From assembly GCA_964016885.1 (NCBI GenBank), contig OZ024740.1, positions 401,822,001 through 401,886,000 of the forward strand: a DNA stretch of 64,000 nt, written 5' to 3'. This DNA comes from Eledone cirrhosa (taxonomy: Eukaryota). The translations under genes and the position numbers were made by a program. The notes beneath the pieces were generated by a model. The model worked only from the letters and a program-made list of their open reading frames with translations. It had not been told where the DNA came from and did no database searches. Shown in pieces: positions 46,191-60,021 of this stretch; position 1 is the first letter of the stretch; each line of letters opens with the position of its first letter.

Positions 46191-47067
46191 TAGCAATATC
46201 TCTTTTAAATCATACGCCACCATCTTAAATGGAGGAAGATACATTTAATAATATAATATTTGATATGTAAAAGCTGGGATGATCACTACTGTAACATATC
46301 TACATATAGGTATGCTCAATCATGACTGTCCTGCGGTTAAATAACCATAAAAAACATCTAGTCTATAGATATCTTACGGGATATACTCGCCAATATTTAA
46401 AAGGTCCAGTATCTATATTAAAACTGCGACGTTGTGGTATATATTTAGCTGTTATATTGAGCCAGGTCAAGACAACGTAGAATACCTTGCTTGAAGGTTT
46501 GTATCTTCTCGCTACAAGTGCATTCTACTATTGATTAGATCACTCGTGGTTAACGAACCAACGTATTTAAACCGTTCTAGTGTACGTAAGAAGCAATTTA
46601 ACATTATCTCTGTCTGCCTTTCCAGTTATTATCTTTTTTCTTCATTTGTTTTTCTCCATCTTTATCAGTTTCTCTTTGATTCTCCTTCCCAAACACATTT
46701 TCACTGACTCTTTCTCTCTCCCTTTCCCCCTCACTCTCTACCACTTGCTGTCGCAATACACCTCTTATTCTTAAGCCAAGTCAGCCGATTCATATACACT
46801 GACTTGACTGCTTACGGATCATTATCTAAAGCGACGTCTACCCAATTTATACATTACTAATAATCTAATCCTCGGATCAACAGACTCATTTCCTCGTGAA
46901 ATATATGATCAACTAAATCCCATTTAAAGGTCATATAATTGTGAAATGTCGTATTTGCGCTCTCATCGCATCTATAAACACAATCGCATGCTTAAATTGC
47001 TCCGATATATAAATTACTCTACGGAAGAGTGGAATTGATTTACAGCCAATTGGCATTGATTCAAGCA

Positions 47068-47133
47068 GATCCCAGAAAGTTAAGCTGGATGAAGCCAGAC
47101 ATCAATTTCAATGGGTGACCACTTAGAAAACTC
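47068..47133 (+). pseudogene. Degenerate 5S rRNA-like fragment
   Basis: gatc..gaaagttaagc..gcc..atgggtgaccac.t.g.aa has the spacing of the 5S internal segment (A box to C box). Confidence 0.4.
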
Positions 47134-47539
47134 GTCAACTGTTTTTGAAAGCCAATAAACTTCTTCATCTTACTTTATATATATTATTATCCTCAGTAAT
47201 AGCAATGTGGAGCGGCCGATTTTCAGAATTGTTAGTGCCTTGCAGGATTTTGTTAAGACCTTAAACGTTCTAAGTTCAAATCTCACTGATGTCTATTTTT
47301 CCTTTTTATTCTTCCGGATTCGATAAAACAAAGTACCAGTAAGATATTGGTATGACATAATCGACAATACCCTTTCTATTTGTTGTCCTTGCGATAATGG
47401 AGTAATTTCTACTTTTGAGAAATAGAAAGACAGAATTCTTTGTGTCATAATTTAGTTATTGTTGTCGTCCATCTAACTAGTTACGTATATGTAAAAACAG
47501 GGTGATATAAATCCGGTATGAATTGCAAAAGATTATTAT

Positions 47540-47721
47540 TAAGGCGGTTAATTGGCAGTATCGTTAGATATGCTTTGACGCATAGAGTTACGGCCTTGCC
47601 ATTCTGAGTTCAAATCCCGCCGAGGTTAACTTTGCCTTTCATCCTTACGGGGTCGATAAAATAAAGTACCAGTAATCTACTGGGTGATTGCTGGCCTTGT
47701 GCCAATGGTAGAAACAATTAA
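47540..47721 (+). mobile_element. tRNA-derived SINE (older diverged copy at ~47210-47350)
   Basis: aaggcggttaattggcagtatcg..gagttcaaatcccgccgagg plus body. Confidence 0.85.
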
Positions 47722-48398
47722 TTAGTGTTTTATTAAGGATAAATTAAAATCTTGTGAGTATTATATATTTCACAATAGCTTTAGATTCTAACTCGCATAC
47801 ACTATATATTTTTCATAACGATTAGAGATTTGGACTGTCTCCCTAACCAAGAATGCATACTAAGAAACATACATATAATTGTTAGTGTGCGTGTGAGGGC
47901 GAGGGAGAAAGAAAACATTTTGAAAATATGCAATATAAAGAAAATAAGTAAATATCTGAAAGTGATCTTGTGTAATTAAGAGCGATGATATTAATAATCA
48001 ATTAAGGCAAAAATTATATTTCAGTTAAATAAAGGTGAAATAAAAATATATCCCCCCAAAATCCAAGGGAACATTATTTGTTTGTAAGAATGGCAACTAT
48101 AACTGTAAACTGAAATGGTGAAACCCTTCAACTTCAATGGCCCGTTCGGGAGGAGAATGATTAGGATTGATTGCTCCTCTTAAATGCCCCATTTAAGTAG
48201 CATCCCAAATATTTGTCTTCCTCTGAAACCAAACTGAAATTTGGTTCAAAACCAAGCGAACGACTGAGACGTCCTCTGAGCAACCGTTTAGTAACACTTA
48301 GTAGAAATGAATTAAAATATATTCAGATGCACTAGCAAAAATTATTTATTTGGAAGAATATTAGTGACTACATATATATTTGCATATATATATATATA

Positions 48399-48701
48399 TT
48401 ATTATTATGTAATAAACAACATAAGGCAATTATTCCATTTACCAGTGGTTTCTTAAAAGCAAAAGGTTTTGCTTTCAATCCTCAGAATGAAAAATCCTGG
48501 TTTGTTTATTGAATATGGATTCTAAAAATTCTAAAATGGATTCATTCTGAGGATTGAAAGCAAAACCTTTTGCTTTTAAGAAACCACTGGTAAATGGAAT
48601 AATTGCCTTATGTTGTTTATTACATAATAATAATAATTAAGCTCTGTTGCTTACATAGAGCACTCTTTTTTCCTGGACTTTTCCGATGGAATTACTTCAT
48701 T

Positions 48702-48704
<3 letters not shown>
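48399..48704 (+). mobile_element. Fold-back element, family F (arms 48399-48491 / 48541-48633, ~49-nt spacer, tail to ~48704)
   Basis: Near-perfect 93-bp inverted arms. The tail has GCTC (48641) and GAGCACTC (48658). (TA)n flanks. Confidence 0.9.
48540..48600 (+). ncRNA. Type I hammerhead ribozyme (mirror copy in the left arm)
   Basis: attcatt-CTGAGGA-ttgaaagcaaaa cc ttttgcttttaa-GAAA-ccactgg-TA-aatggaat. Confidence 0.88.
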
Positions 48705-48747
<43 letters not shown>

Positions 48748-48991
48748 TGTATAAATGTGCATACGTATATTATATATATTCATATTATGCCGGCCTGTGA
48801 GTCATTGAAGAGTGTTCGAAGTTTGACAAACAGGCAGAAAATCTCACACACTTTCACACACACGTAAATACACATTCACGCCCAGAAACGCATATATATG
48901 TATAATTACTTATGTATATGTGCCTGTGTGGGCGTGTGTATGTGTTCGTGTGCGTAGTATATATATATAAATGTATGTGTGTATGTATGTA

Positions 48992-49049
<58 letters not shown>

Positions 49050-49529
49050 CGTGGGGGGGGGGGGGGGGTATAAATATATATATATATTCTAAATGAAAGA
49101 TTTTGAACCTTATATTGCAAGTTACCTTCAATTATTTGTTAGCGTGTAGCAAGGTTACAGCGTCTCGGTGCAGTGGGCTGGGAAACTGTACCCGTCTACT
49201 GTTAAATAGATTGCGTTTACAACATTTTTACTTTTTTTCATAGGCAAACTGCATAGCTCACTGCTACGGACACAACATACTCATATACACATATATCCAT
49301 TGAAAAATACATATGTATCCTGGTGTTCGTAAATGTGAATAATTCCTTTATATTATTTGAGTAAAGTTATAGACTGTTAATTTATTCCATAGAACTTAGT
49401 AAAATCAAAACAGACTATTACATGTTGTTAAATTTAAGACTTTGAAGCTATCGCATATAGGACAATAATATAAAATCTATCTCTTTCATTATGCATGTGT
49501 GTGAGTGTGTGTAACTATATATACAAACT

Positions 49530-49588
<59 letters not shown>

Positions 49589-49593
<5 letters not shown>

Positions 49594-49781
49594 AACCAGT
49601 AAAACCCCGACAGCTGAGCTCAAGCCGTTTCGACGGCTAATTCTGGACAGAATTAGCCGTCGAAACGGCTTGAGCTCCGCTGTCGGGGTCTTACTGGTTC
49701 CTATTACCCACTCTACTACCTCAAGTATTGAGTACTTTGGTGCGTTATGGTCCACCTGGTTCCTTACCACATTTCCTTCGT

Positions 49782-49782
<1 letters not shown>
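49589..49782 (+). mobile_element. Fold-back element, family D copy 2 (centre ~49646, tail 49705-49782)
   Basis: Homologous to 41363-41549 with a different fold-back point. (TA)n on both sides. Confidence 0.9.
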
Positions 49783-49875
<93 letters not shown>

Positions 49876-50076
49876 CATGTATATAGTTACACACATATAT
49901 ATAAGTACATATATATAACACACATATATATATATAAGTACATATATATAACACGCACATATATATATAAGTACATGTGTGTATGTGTGTATATGTGTGT
50001 ATATATACATATGCATATTTCCATGCTCTTTTGTCTGTATCTATGTGAACGCATATGTATAGAGAGGTAAAGAATA

Positions 50077-50133
<57 letters not shown>

Positions 50134-50372
50134 TAATATATATATCAACTGTTGAAAATTGCAAACTTGACTGTCACCACACATTATGAACCTGAAGATT
50201 GCGAAAGCATGAAAGTACTTGTTCAATTAACACTTAACATTTAATATTCTACCATACTATTTCATTCTAATACCATTATACATTTTAAAGGATTGTAAAT
50301 AAAACGAGTAAATCAGACAAAGTGGGAATTCCTTTTATTAATATATATATATAAATGTACATATATTTATGT

Positions 50373-50414
<42 letters not shown>

Positions 50415-50504
50415 TATAGATATATATATATATATATATATAATATATATAATTGTTTCTACGTTTGGCACAAGGCCAGCAATCACCAGTGCATTACTGG
50501 TATG

Positions 50505-50543
<39 letters not shown>

Positions 50544-50964
50544 AGTGTGTGTGTGTGTATGTGTAAGTGTGTGTCTAAACCATTCTTGTTTAACTTTATT
50601 GTCTAGCAGAGATTAATCACGTACTTCCTTTCATATTTCTATTCATTTTTACTTCTTTTTTTTACTTTATTTGCCTATATTTATTTATGTGTTTTCCAAT
50701 ACATTCTTTTAGCATTTTGTTTTCTCACGTTTTTAGTTTTAATCTTGCCTGTTAGTATGAGTAGTTGTCATTCTGGCTTTCTCTCTTACTTCATATCATA
50801 TATAAGAAACCTTGAATACCTGACATATGATGATAATGTTGTTGGCAGTGGTGGTGGGTGTTGGTTGAGATGATGAGGAAAAAGAAGACAAAGATGGAGC
50901 TGAGGAAGATAGTGTACTCTCGTGATTTACTTGTCTCATTCGAAGTAAACAGTATACACATTTA

Positions 50965-51155
50965 ATAATTGTTTCTACTTTTGGCACAAGGCCAGCAATT
51001 ACCCAGTGCATTATTGGTACTTTATTTTATCGACCCCCGTAAGGATGAAAGGCAAAATTAACCTTGGCGGGATTTGAACTCAGATCATAAAGGGAGGTAA
51101 CTCTATGCTTCAAAACATGGCGTCCGACCCTCTACTGATACTGCCAATCCACCGC
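50965..51155 (-). mobile_element. tRNA-derived SINE, near full length
   Basis: Reverse complement of the 6828-7006 family. Confidence 0.85.
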
Positions 51156-51253
51156 ATAATGAACATTATAATAAGAATATCAAGTAGACACATATATAGT
51201 TTAACAGGTTGAGAAATGAGAGAGGGGGAGAAAGATAGACAGAGCGGAAAAGT

Positions 51254-51294
<41 letters not shown>

Positions 51295-51427
51295 ATAATA
51301 AAAAGTCAGAAATAAAAAGTGAGATATGAAAGTGTGAAAGTGTGCCTGAAATTATCCATACTAACTGATTAAGGCATGATTGTATGTTATACGTAAACAC
51401 CACACAGTATGTGTGTATATAAATATA

Positions 51428-51491
<64 letters not shown>

Positions 51492-52149
51492 ACATATATA
51501 GGTGGATGTGTGTGTATTATATTTGTATATTATATATAAGACATAAACTATGCGTAGATACACAAATGCATACATACGTATATTTATATAGTGTTAAATT
51601 AAATGGTTTCACTTTTCTAAAATAACTCAAAATCTATTCAAAATTACATAAATACAATTTTTAGAAGGACGTATAACATTTTATTATATTATAAATATTT
51701 TATTATATTAAAACACAACCTTATTTTGAAATAAAATATGTTGCTATTTTCTCACATGAGAACTAATTATAACGAAACAATATTAATTTCCCCTGAGGCC
51801 ACATATGTGAGAAATCTGACTCCCCAAACATGATTATTGATATTAACGAGTGATTTCTATTTAGTGATCTTATCAGGGGTAAAACAAACTTATATATGAA
51901 CATGTAGATATTTTTCGTAGACAAGGACACCTACAGATACACATGCATATATAAAGATTTCAATTCAGTCGCTTAACTTGCACATGAGATAAGCCACCAA
52001 CAATGTAATTTAGGATTTCTACATAATTCATCCTCTCAAATCTTTTTCTATTTTGAAACTACAGATTCGTCACATGTATACACACATATATAAAAGTGTA
52101 TGTGCGTAAGTGTATATATGTAAACATATATTTACGTGTGAATATATAT

Positions 52150-52281
52150 ATGTATGTATACGTACATACATATATGTATATAGACGTACAGTAGTATGTA
52201 TATATATACATACATGCACACATATATATATATATGTACGTATGGGTTTACCGAACATTTATTATAATGTTCGGTTTGTTT
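52150..52281 (-). mobile_element. Family I fragment
   Basis: tagacgtacagtagtatg..accgaacatttattataatgttcggtttgttt is the reverse complement of about 17977-18100. Confidence 0.75.
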
Positions 52282-52306
52282 ATATATATATATACATTTG
52301 TTTGTT

Positions 52307-52393
<87 letters not shown>

Positions 52394-52509
52394 GTACACA
52401 CGCACATGTGTGACTGCAGATATTTACCCTCTATACACATATATACAAATATATTTTTATATACACATACATACACACACACACATATATATAAATATAT
52501 ATATTTATA

Positions 52510-52597
<88 letters not shown>

Positions 52598-52766
52598 AGC
52601 ATACATTCATATACATTAATATCTATATATTTGTTTTCGCAAACGCCAAAGCTATGATTAAGAATAAAATAGAGCACGAATGGGATAGAGTTAAAGGGAT
52701 ATGTAATTTAATACGCATGAAAAAAAAGTGACGATAAAAACAATGTAGAGTTTGAATAAGGATTTG

Positions 52767-53450
52767 CTTACGTTTATTCTTACCTTAAATTTATTCCTAC
52801 CTTACGTTTATTCCTACCTTACGTTTATTCCTACCTTACGATTATCTCTACCTTACGCTTATTCCTACCTTACGTTTATTCTTACCTTACGTTTATTCCT
52901 ACCTTACATTTATTCCTACCTTACGTTTATTCCTACCTTACGTTTATTCTTACCTTAAATTTATTCCTACCTTACGTTTATTCCTACCTTACGTTTATTC
53001 CTACCTTACGATTATTCCTACCTTACGTTTATTCCTACCTTACGTTTATTCCTACCTTACGTTTATTCTTACCTTAAATTTATTCCTACCTTACGTTTAT
53101 TCCTACCTTACGTTTATTCTTACCTTACGTTTATTCCTACCTTACATTTATTCCTACCTTACGTTTATTCTTACCTTAAATTTATTCCTACCTTACGTTT
53201 ATTCCTACCTTACGTTTATTCCTACCTTACGATTATCTCTACCTTACGTTTATTCCTACCTTACGATTATCTCTACCTTACGTTTATTCCTACCTTACGT
53301 TTATTCCTACCTTACGTTTATTCCAACCTTACGTTTATTCCTACCTTACGTTTATTCCTACCTTACGATTATCTCTACCTTACGTTTATTCCTACCTTAC
53401 GTTTATTCCTACCTTACGTATATCTCTACCTTACGCTTATCCATACCTTA
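52767..53450. repeat. 17-bp minisatellite (cttacgtttattcctac)n, about 40 units
   Basis: Direct inspection; recurring variants cttaaatttattcctac and cttacgattatctctac. Confidence 0.95.
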
Positions 53451-53642
53451 TCAAGCAATTGACACATAGACATATAGTAAATGACACCTGATTGATTGAT
53501 AAATAAACATAATCGTATAAATCTTATTATGGAACATGTTCACATAGACTATAGAATATTGGTCAGTCACAATTATTCCTAATATCCAATATCTAAACAT
53601 GCATACAGCTTAGTGTGTTTGATGCATATATAAATAAATATA

Positions 53643-53773
<131 letters not shown>

Positions 53774-53814
53774 TGTGTGTGTGAGTGTGTGTGTATGAAT
53801 GCATATATATATAT

Positions 53815-53878
<64 letters not shown>

Positions 53879-53886
<8 letters not shown>

Positions 53887-54628
53887 AGATCAAAAGATGG
53901 TTAAAGGAGTTCCATGTATTTTATTATGCGCATTTCAAAAACAAACATCATCATGCAATAATATTTGTGTTTTCATCAGATAAAACAGGAGAACATGATA
54001 TGAAGGCTAAAAAACACTTGTGGATAGTGCAGTTTTAAATCAACATATGAAAAGTGGTTTTAGATAGATGTGTGATATTGGGAAAAATATTTTATTTAGA
54101 GAGGGGGGGGTGGAAAGGATGAAAAGGGAAGGAGATGAGAGGGAGAGATGGGTGATAGAGAGAAAGAGATAGTTTTTATAACTGAGAGGAGATATATTGT
54201 TTTACAAAGAGGTTGAAAACCGTTGGAAGATAATGTATAAATTAAAAATTTTGAAAATTAACGAAGGGAGGATATGTGCGAGGAAAAAATTCCCTTTTCA
54301 TCCTCCCCCCTCCCCCTCTCTAAATAAAAGTATTTTTCCCAATATCACACATCAATCTAAAACCACTTTTCATATGTTGATTTAAAACTGCACTATCCAC
54401 AAGTGTTTTTTAGCCTTCATATCATGTTCTCCTGTTTTATCTGATGAAAACACAAATATTAGTGCATGATGATGTTTGTTTTTGAAATGCGCATAATAAA
54501 ATACATGGAACTCCTTTAACCATCTTTTGATCTTATATTATGCATACTCCAGTCCTACAAACTGTAGAGTGCTTCTTATCCGATATCTGCATTGCTTTAT
54601 TGTACTACAATAAAACTCACCTCCTACA
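53879..54628 (+). mobile_element. Fold-back element, family G (~250-bp arms 53879-54130 / 54290-54541, tail to ~54628)
   Basis: Long inverted arms with few mismatches and a ~160-bp spacer. The tail has ACTC (54546) and GAGTGCTT (54567). (TA)n flanks. Confidence 0.9.
54433..54503 (+). ncRNA. Minimal type I hammerhead ribozyme (mirror copy in the left arm)
   Basis: tgttttat-CTGATGA-aaacacaaatatta..tgatgtttgttttt-GAAA-tgcgca-TA-ataaaata; stem III is palindromic (ATGCGCAT). Confidence 0.88.
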
Positions 54629-54991
54629 TATATATATATATATAAACTTATTAATTATATTAGATATAAAAAGATGAATAGATAGGATGTCTGTATCTAA
54701 TCGTTGAGGGCTTGCGCAGAGTAGAGATTGAACATTTGAGAATTTAAATTCTGATATTTCTTTATACCCACGATTTGTGTAACGTTTGCATGGTAATTAA
54801 TCAAACGAAAAAAGTAATTAATTATGCATACTAATGAGTAGGCATTCTCTTCTTTACTTAAGAGTGTGATGTGAGATAAACGTATTCCCGAAAGGCGGGA
54901 ACAAATTTCAACAATATAAACTTACTTATATAAACAGGTCTATCTATCCATTTACACACACACACACACACACTCACACACACACACACAG

Positions 54992-55031
<40 letters not shown>

Positions 55032-55035
<4 letters not shown>

Positions 55036-55253
55036 ATAATAATAAAATTGAAGACTAAAATCCAAAGAGGGCTCGATAAGGACAAATATATAAGAACCGT
55101 AGAGCAAATATTTATTAAAATAACAGATTAAAGTTTAAGGAAAGAATCGCTGCTTTCACCCTTAACGGAATCTTCTGAAACTGATCTTCAGAAGATCCCG
55201 TTAAGGGGGAAAGCAGCGATTCTTTGCTTAAACTTTAATCTGTTATTTTAATA
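55032..55253 (-). mobile_element. Fold-back element, family H (tail 55032-55112, arms 55113-55179 / 55187-55253)
   Basis: Same family as 5722-5918, with longer arms that include the CAGAAGA hammerhead-like core. Confidence 0.88.
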
Positions 55254-55410
55254 TATATATATAAATATATATGCATGTATATATATATATAAATACATAC
55301 ATATATATATATATATATATACATATATATTATGTATATTATATACTTGTGTGTGTGTGCGTTTGTGTGTATACTAATTTATAAGCACAGACACAATACA
55401 CACACATATT

Positions 55411-55474
<64 letters not shown>

Positions 55475-55542
55475 TTTATACATACATATATATATAAACA
55501 TACATTATATATATATACATTTTAATGCATATACATTCATAC

Positions 55543-55657
<115 letters not shown>

Positions 55658-55719
55658 GGTATATATATATATACATACATATATATATATATACATACAT
55701 ATATATATATATATGTATA

Positions 55720-55759
<40 letters not shown>

Positions 55760-56176
55760 TATATATATATATTATGTATGCATATGTCGGTTCTGGCACC
55801 TCCGTGTATTTGTATTTGTAGCTATGGGCACCACTCATACAACAACCACACGTAAACTGCATGTGAGCAACTATCAATTTGCACTTTAAATGTCGAGTTT
55901 TTTTCATAGAAATCTTTGTATCATACAAAAAAACAAAAACATGAAATATAGGAATATATTTGTTGCTTTGATGTTAAACAAGCTTAAATATAGAAGAAAT
56001 GTGAAAGATATATAGAATTGGTGTCAAATACCGAGACTGGGCATTAGAGATATATAGATTGATAAATATCTAATTTTATAGTCAAGCATCGAAGCAAACA
56101 ACACTCACACACACACACACACACATATATATATAAACATATATATATATATATACATAAGCATATGTATTTATGT

Positions 56177-56217
<41 letters not shown>

Positions 56218-56221
56218 AATT

Positions 56222-56595
56222 GAAACAAAATGAAAACGAAATTTCATTTCTCACTCTTAGTATGGCACTTACTTAAATGTAAGTATGCATGTATACGTAC
56301 ATACATATATGTATACAGACGTACAGTAGCATGCACATATATATATATATATACATATATACATACATATGCATACAGGTACACATACATATATGCACGT
56401 ATCAGTTTAGCGGCGCTAACGTCGCTTTGTTCGTTTGTTTACAAACGAACAAAGCGACGTTAGCGCCGCTAAACTGATACGTGCATATATGTATGTGTAC
56501 CTGTATGCATATGTATGTATATATGTATATATATATATATATGTGCATGCTACTGTACGTCTGTATACATATATGTATGTACGTATACATGCATA

Positions 56596-56599
<4 letters not shown>
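56222..56599 (-). mobile_element. Fold-back element, family I (159-bp arms 56280-56438 / 56441-56599, tail 56222-56279)
   Basis: Apparently perfect palindrome with a 2-nt loop; the tail is on one side only and matches 18119-18172. Confidence 0.9.
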
Positions 56600-56649
<50 letters not shown>

Positions 56650-56891
56650 CATATATATAATTATATATATATAAAAATGTATATATATAATTATATATAA
56701 TATAAATAAATAAATATATATATATATATATATATAATTACATATGTATAATTGTATATATATATAATATATATATATAAAATTATATATATATATATAT
56801 ATATTTGCTCATATATACATTTATATATATAATATATATATATATATCATATGTATTTGCTCATATATATATATATATATATATGTATTTG

Positions 56892-56938
<47 letters not shown>

Positions 56939-57559
56939 GTATGCACAAAGAGACACTCGCTTTTCAGACTGATAGTTATTGATGGCTGGATGGAATGATT
57001 TATTGTTTCATAGATGTAACTGTAGATGGATGTGTAAATGCACGGAAGGATCATTAGTTACGTTTACAGATGTGTAGTCAGGGTTTTTGGGAAAAATAAC
57101 AAAACAGTACAAAGGTATGTGCTAAATTGTCCGAACAAAATTGTTATAACAATAGCTTCCCTGGTTAAAGGTCTGAGAATTCTGAAAATTCTGGGCGTGA
57201 AAATAGATGAAGAATTAAAGAAGGAATGAAATGTTTGTGAAACCTTCAGAAAAAGGGATGTGAAAGAAACAATAAGATTTATATTCATGATGTCTGGTTG
57301 CCACATGTCACTACTAGAAAGCGAAATAAAAGAACATAACTGGGGAAGCTGAGATGGGTGTTTGTGTGGACGGAAATTAAGGTTTTGGGTGGATGATATA
57401 AATGGTAAATGTAGAAGGAGTGGATATATAAATTAGGTTCGGTTATACACCCTATATAGTGTGTATATTGTTGTGAAAGAAATATGAGGTATGTATACGT
57501 TAATGCGTAAAGGATTGCAAATTAGGTATTCAAAATCTAACAATCACTCTCTCTGTCTG

Positions 57560-57622
<63 letters not shown>

Positions 57623-57640
57623 ATATATATATATATATAC

Positions 57641-57682
<42 letters not shown>

Positions 57683-57813
57683 ATATATTTATATATATAT
57701 ATATATACATATAAATATATTTATATATATATATATATACATATAAATATATTTATATATATATATATATACATATAAATATATTTATATATATATATAT
57801 ATACATATAAATA

Positions 57814-57856
<43 letters not shown>

Positions 57857-57860
<4 letters not shown>

Positions 57861-57993
57861 ATAATAATAAATTTGAGGACTAAAATCCAAAGGGGTCTCG
57901 ATAAGGATAAATATATATCAAATATATAAGAACCGTAGAGCAAATATTTATTAAAATAACAGATTAAAGTTTAAGCAAAGAATCGCTGCTTTT
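57857..57993 (-). mobile_element. Family H copy (tail plus partial arm)
   Basis: Near-identical to 55033-55156. Confidence 0.85.
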
Positions 57994-58089
57994 GAACTTT
58001 GAATAACTTTGAAATGTTTTGGCCAGTATTGGCCCAGGCCATGTCTAAGTTAATAGCACCACCTGGCGAAGTCTTTCAATTCAGGATTA

Positions 58090-58125
<36 letters not shown>

Positions 58126-58142
58126 CATACATACACGCACGC

Positions 58143-58191
<49 letters not shown>

Positions 58192-58519
58192 ACACGTGGC
58201 GTACTGTATAGAGTGCTCGATTTCTGGACCAGGCAGGGCGTTGTGTCTTTTAGCAAGTCGTGAGTAAGTGCGATTCATTCATCTATAGAAATGTGTTGCA
58301 ATGTCAAAGGTGACAATCAGTGTCGACCTTTGACAACATCAATAGTATGCAGATTTGAAACTATCAAACATGGGTGACTGTAGGTGTTCAAAAGAAAGAA
58401 AAAATACATTGCCCTTGGTAGTGTTTCGAAAGGGAAATTTCCAGGTGGCAAAACAATGGTCACCCCTGATTAAAGGTGTTTCATACACAGGAACATACAC
58501 ACACACTCACACATATATA

Positions 58520-58568
<49 letters not shown>

Positions 58569-58571
58569 TTA

Positions 58572-58617
<46 letters not shown>

Positions 58618-58699
58618 TATGTGTGTTTATATATATATTTCGTTTTCTCTCTGTAATATATATATACACACACACATATATATATATCAGGATAGATCT

Positions 58700-58775
58700 A
58701 GTTTTAAACTAGTTTGACCATCACTCAATTGAGTATTCGATACTTGGGATAGTAGAGTATGCCTATATTATAAAG
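58700..58775 (-). mobile_element. Tail fragment related to 14575-14635
   Basis: actcaattgagtattcgatacttgggatagtagagtatgcctatattat versus actcaacggagtactcgatacttagaatagtagagtatggctatattat. Confidence 0.7.
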
Positions 58776-58795
58776 AGTCTCTCTCTCTCTCTCTC

Positions 58796-58837
<42 letters not shown>

Positions 58838-59207
58838 TATGTATGTATGTATACATATATATGTATATGTGTGTGTATGTGTATTAGTAGGCGGTTACCA
58901 ACATATATTTACACAGATATATGGATAGATATGAAAATCTGTAGGTAAATGGTTATATAATTCAGTGTCAGAAATTAAAACGGAAAATATCTGATGGCGA
59001 CGAGGTTTTTAGCTACAAAGGGAACGAAAGCTAGACAAAGTATTTTATTAAATCATGAAATATATTTATATATGTATCACTAGAATAAATAGATAAAAAA
59101 ATATTTCGAGACACACAGCCTTACACAACGTATGTAGATATAAATAAATAATATCATACACAAAATCACTAACACAATTTGGTAAATTTTGATATTCGTA
59201 TGCGTAT

Positions 59208-59261
<54 letters not shown>

Positions 59262-59264
<3 letters not shown>

Positions 59265-59532
59265 GTTGAAAAGGTAACACACTAGAGAGAGAGATACAGT
59301 GCGCCATCAATAAAACAGGGGAAAACCACTAGTGTATGGAATCTATAACCTATGAAAGGCAGAATTAAAAATATAAACGATAATTAAAAATATAAATTAA
59401 AGCGTAAATAAACACTTTAATTTATATTTTTAAGCTTCAATTTATATTTTGAATTATCGTGTCTATAATCTGCCTTTCATAGGTTATAGATTCCATACAC
59501 TGGTGGTTTTTCCCTGTTTTATTGATGGCGCA
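59262..59532 (-). mobile_element. Fold-back element, family J (arms ~59300-59402 / ~59435-59531; unique 59262-59299)
   Basis: tgcgccatcaataaaacagg..tgaaaggcaga is inverted at tctgcctttca..cctgttttattgatggcgca. (TA)n flanks. No ribozyme core seen. Confidence 0.8.
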
Positions 59533-60021
59533 TATATATATATATTGTAAATACAGTAACATTATATAAACATTTGTTTGTCTTTTTATTTTTGTGCGTT
59601 GTCTGTATTATATCTATATATATATGCTAAATGTACATATCCATCCATATCAAATATGGGTATATGTAATTATTAATTATATATGTATATCTATGTATAT
59701 GTATACGTTCTTTGTATCAATGTATTATTATTTTTCATAATTGGACTGCAGCCATGCTAGGCCACCGACATAATTATGTTGATGTTAGTATATTGTCTGA
59801 TCCTATCTCATTAGAAACGAAAGATAATTCGGTCGGGATCTAAATTAGCTTATGTAAATTTGTAGGCGTGCATTTATATTTCCACAATTGTATGCATATA
59901 TATGTAAGTATGATGGAATTGCACGCACACATCACGTTAACACATTAATATATATATATGTATGTTCATATATATGTTCATTTATATGTGAGTTTATATA
60001 TATGTTTATATATATATTTCG

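Noticed and set aside
52767-53450. CRISPR-like array
   Set aside because: Contiguous 17-bp units without spacers, eukaryotic context, no cas genes.
57038-57229. ORF ending KILGVKIDEELK, resembling a CR1/L2 RT thumb motif
   Set aside because: A single short motif is too little to call.
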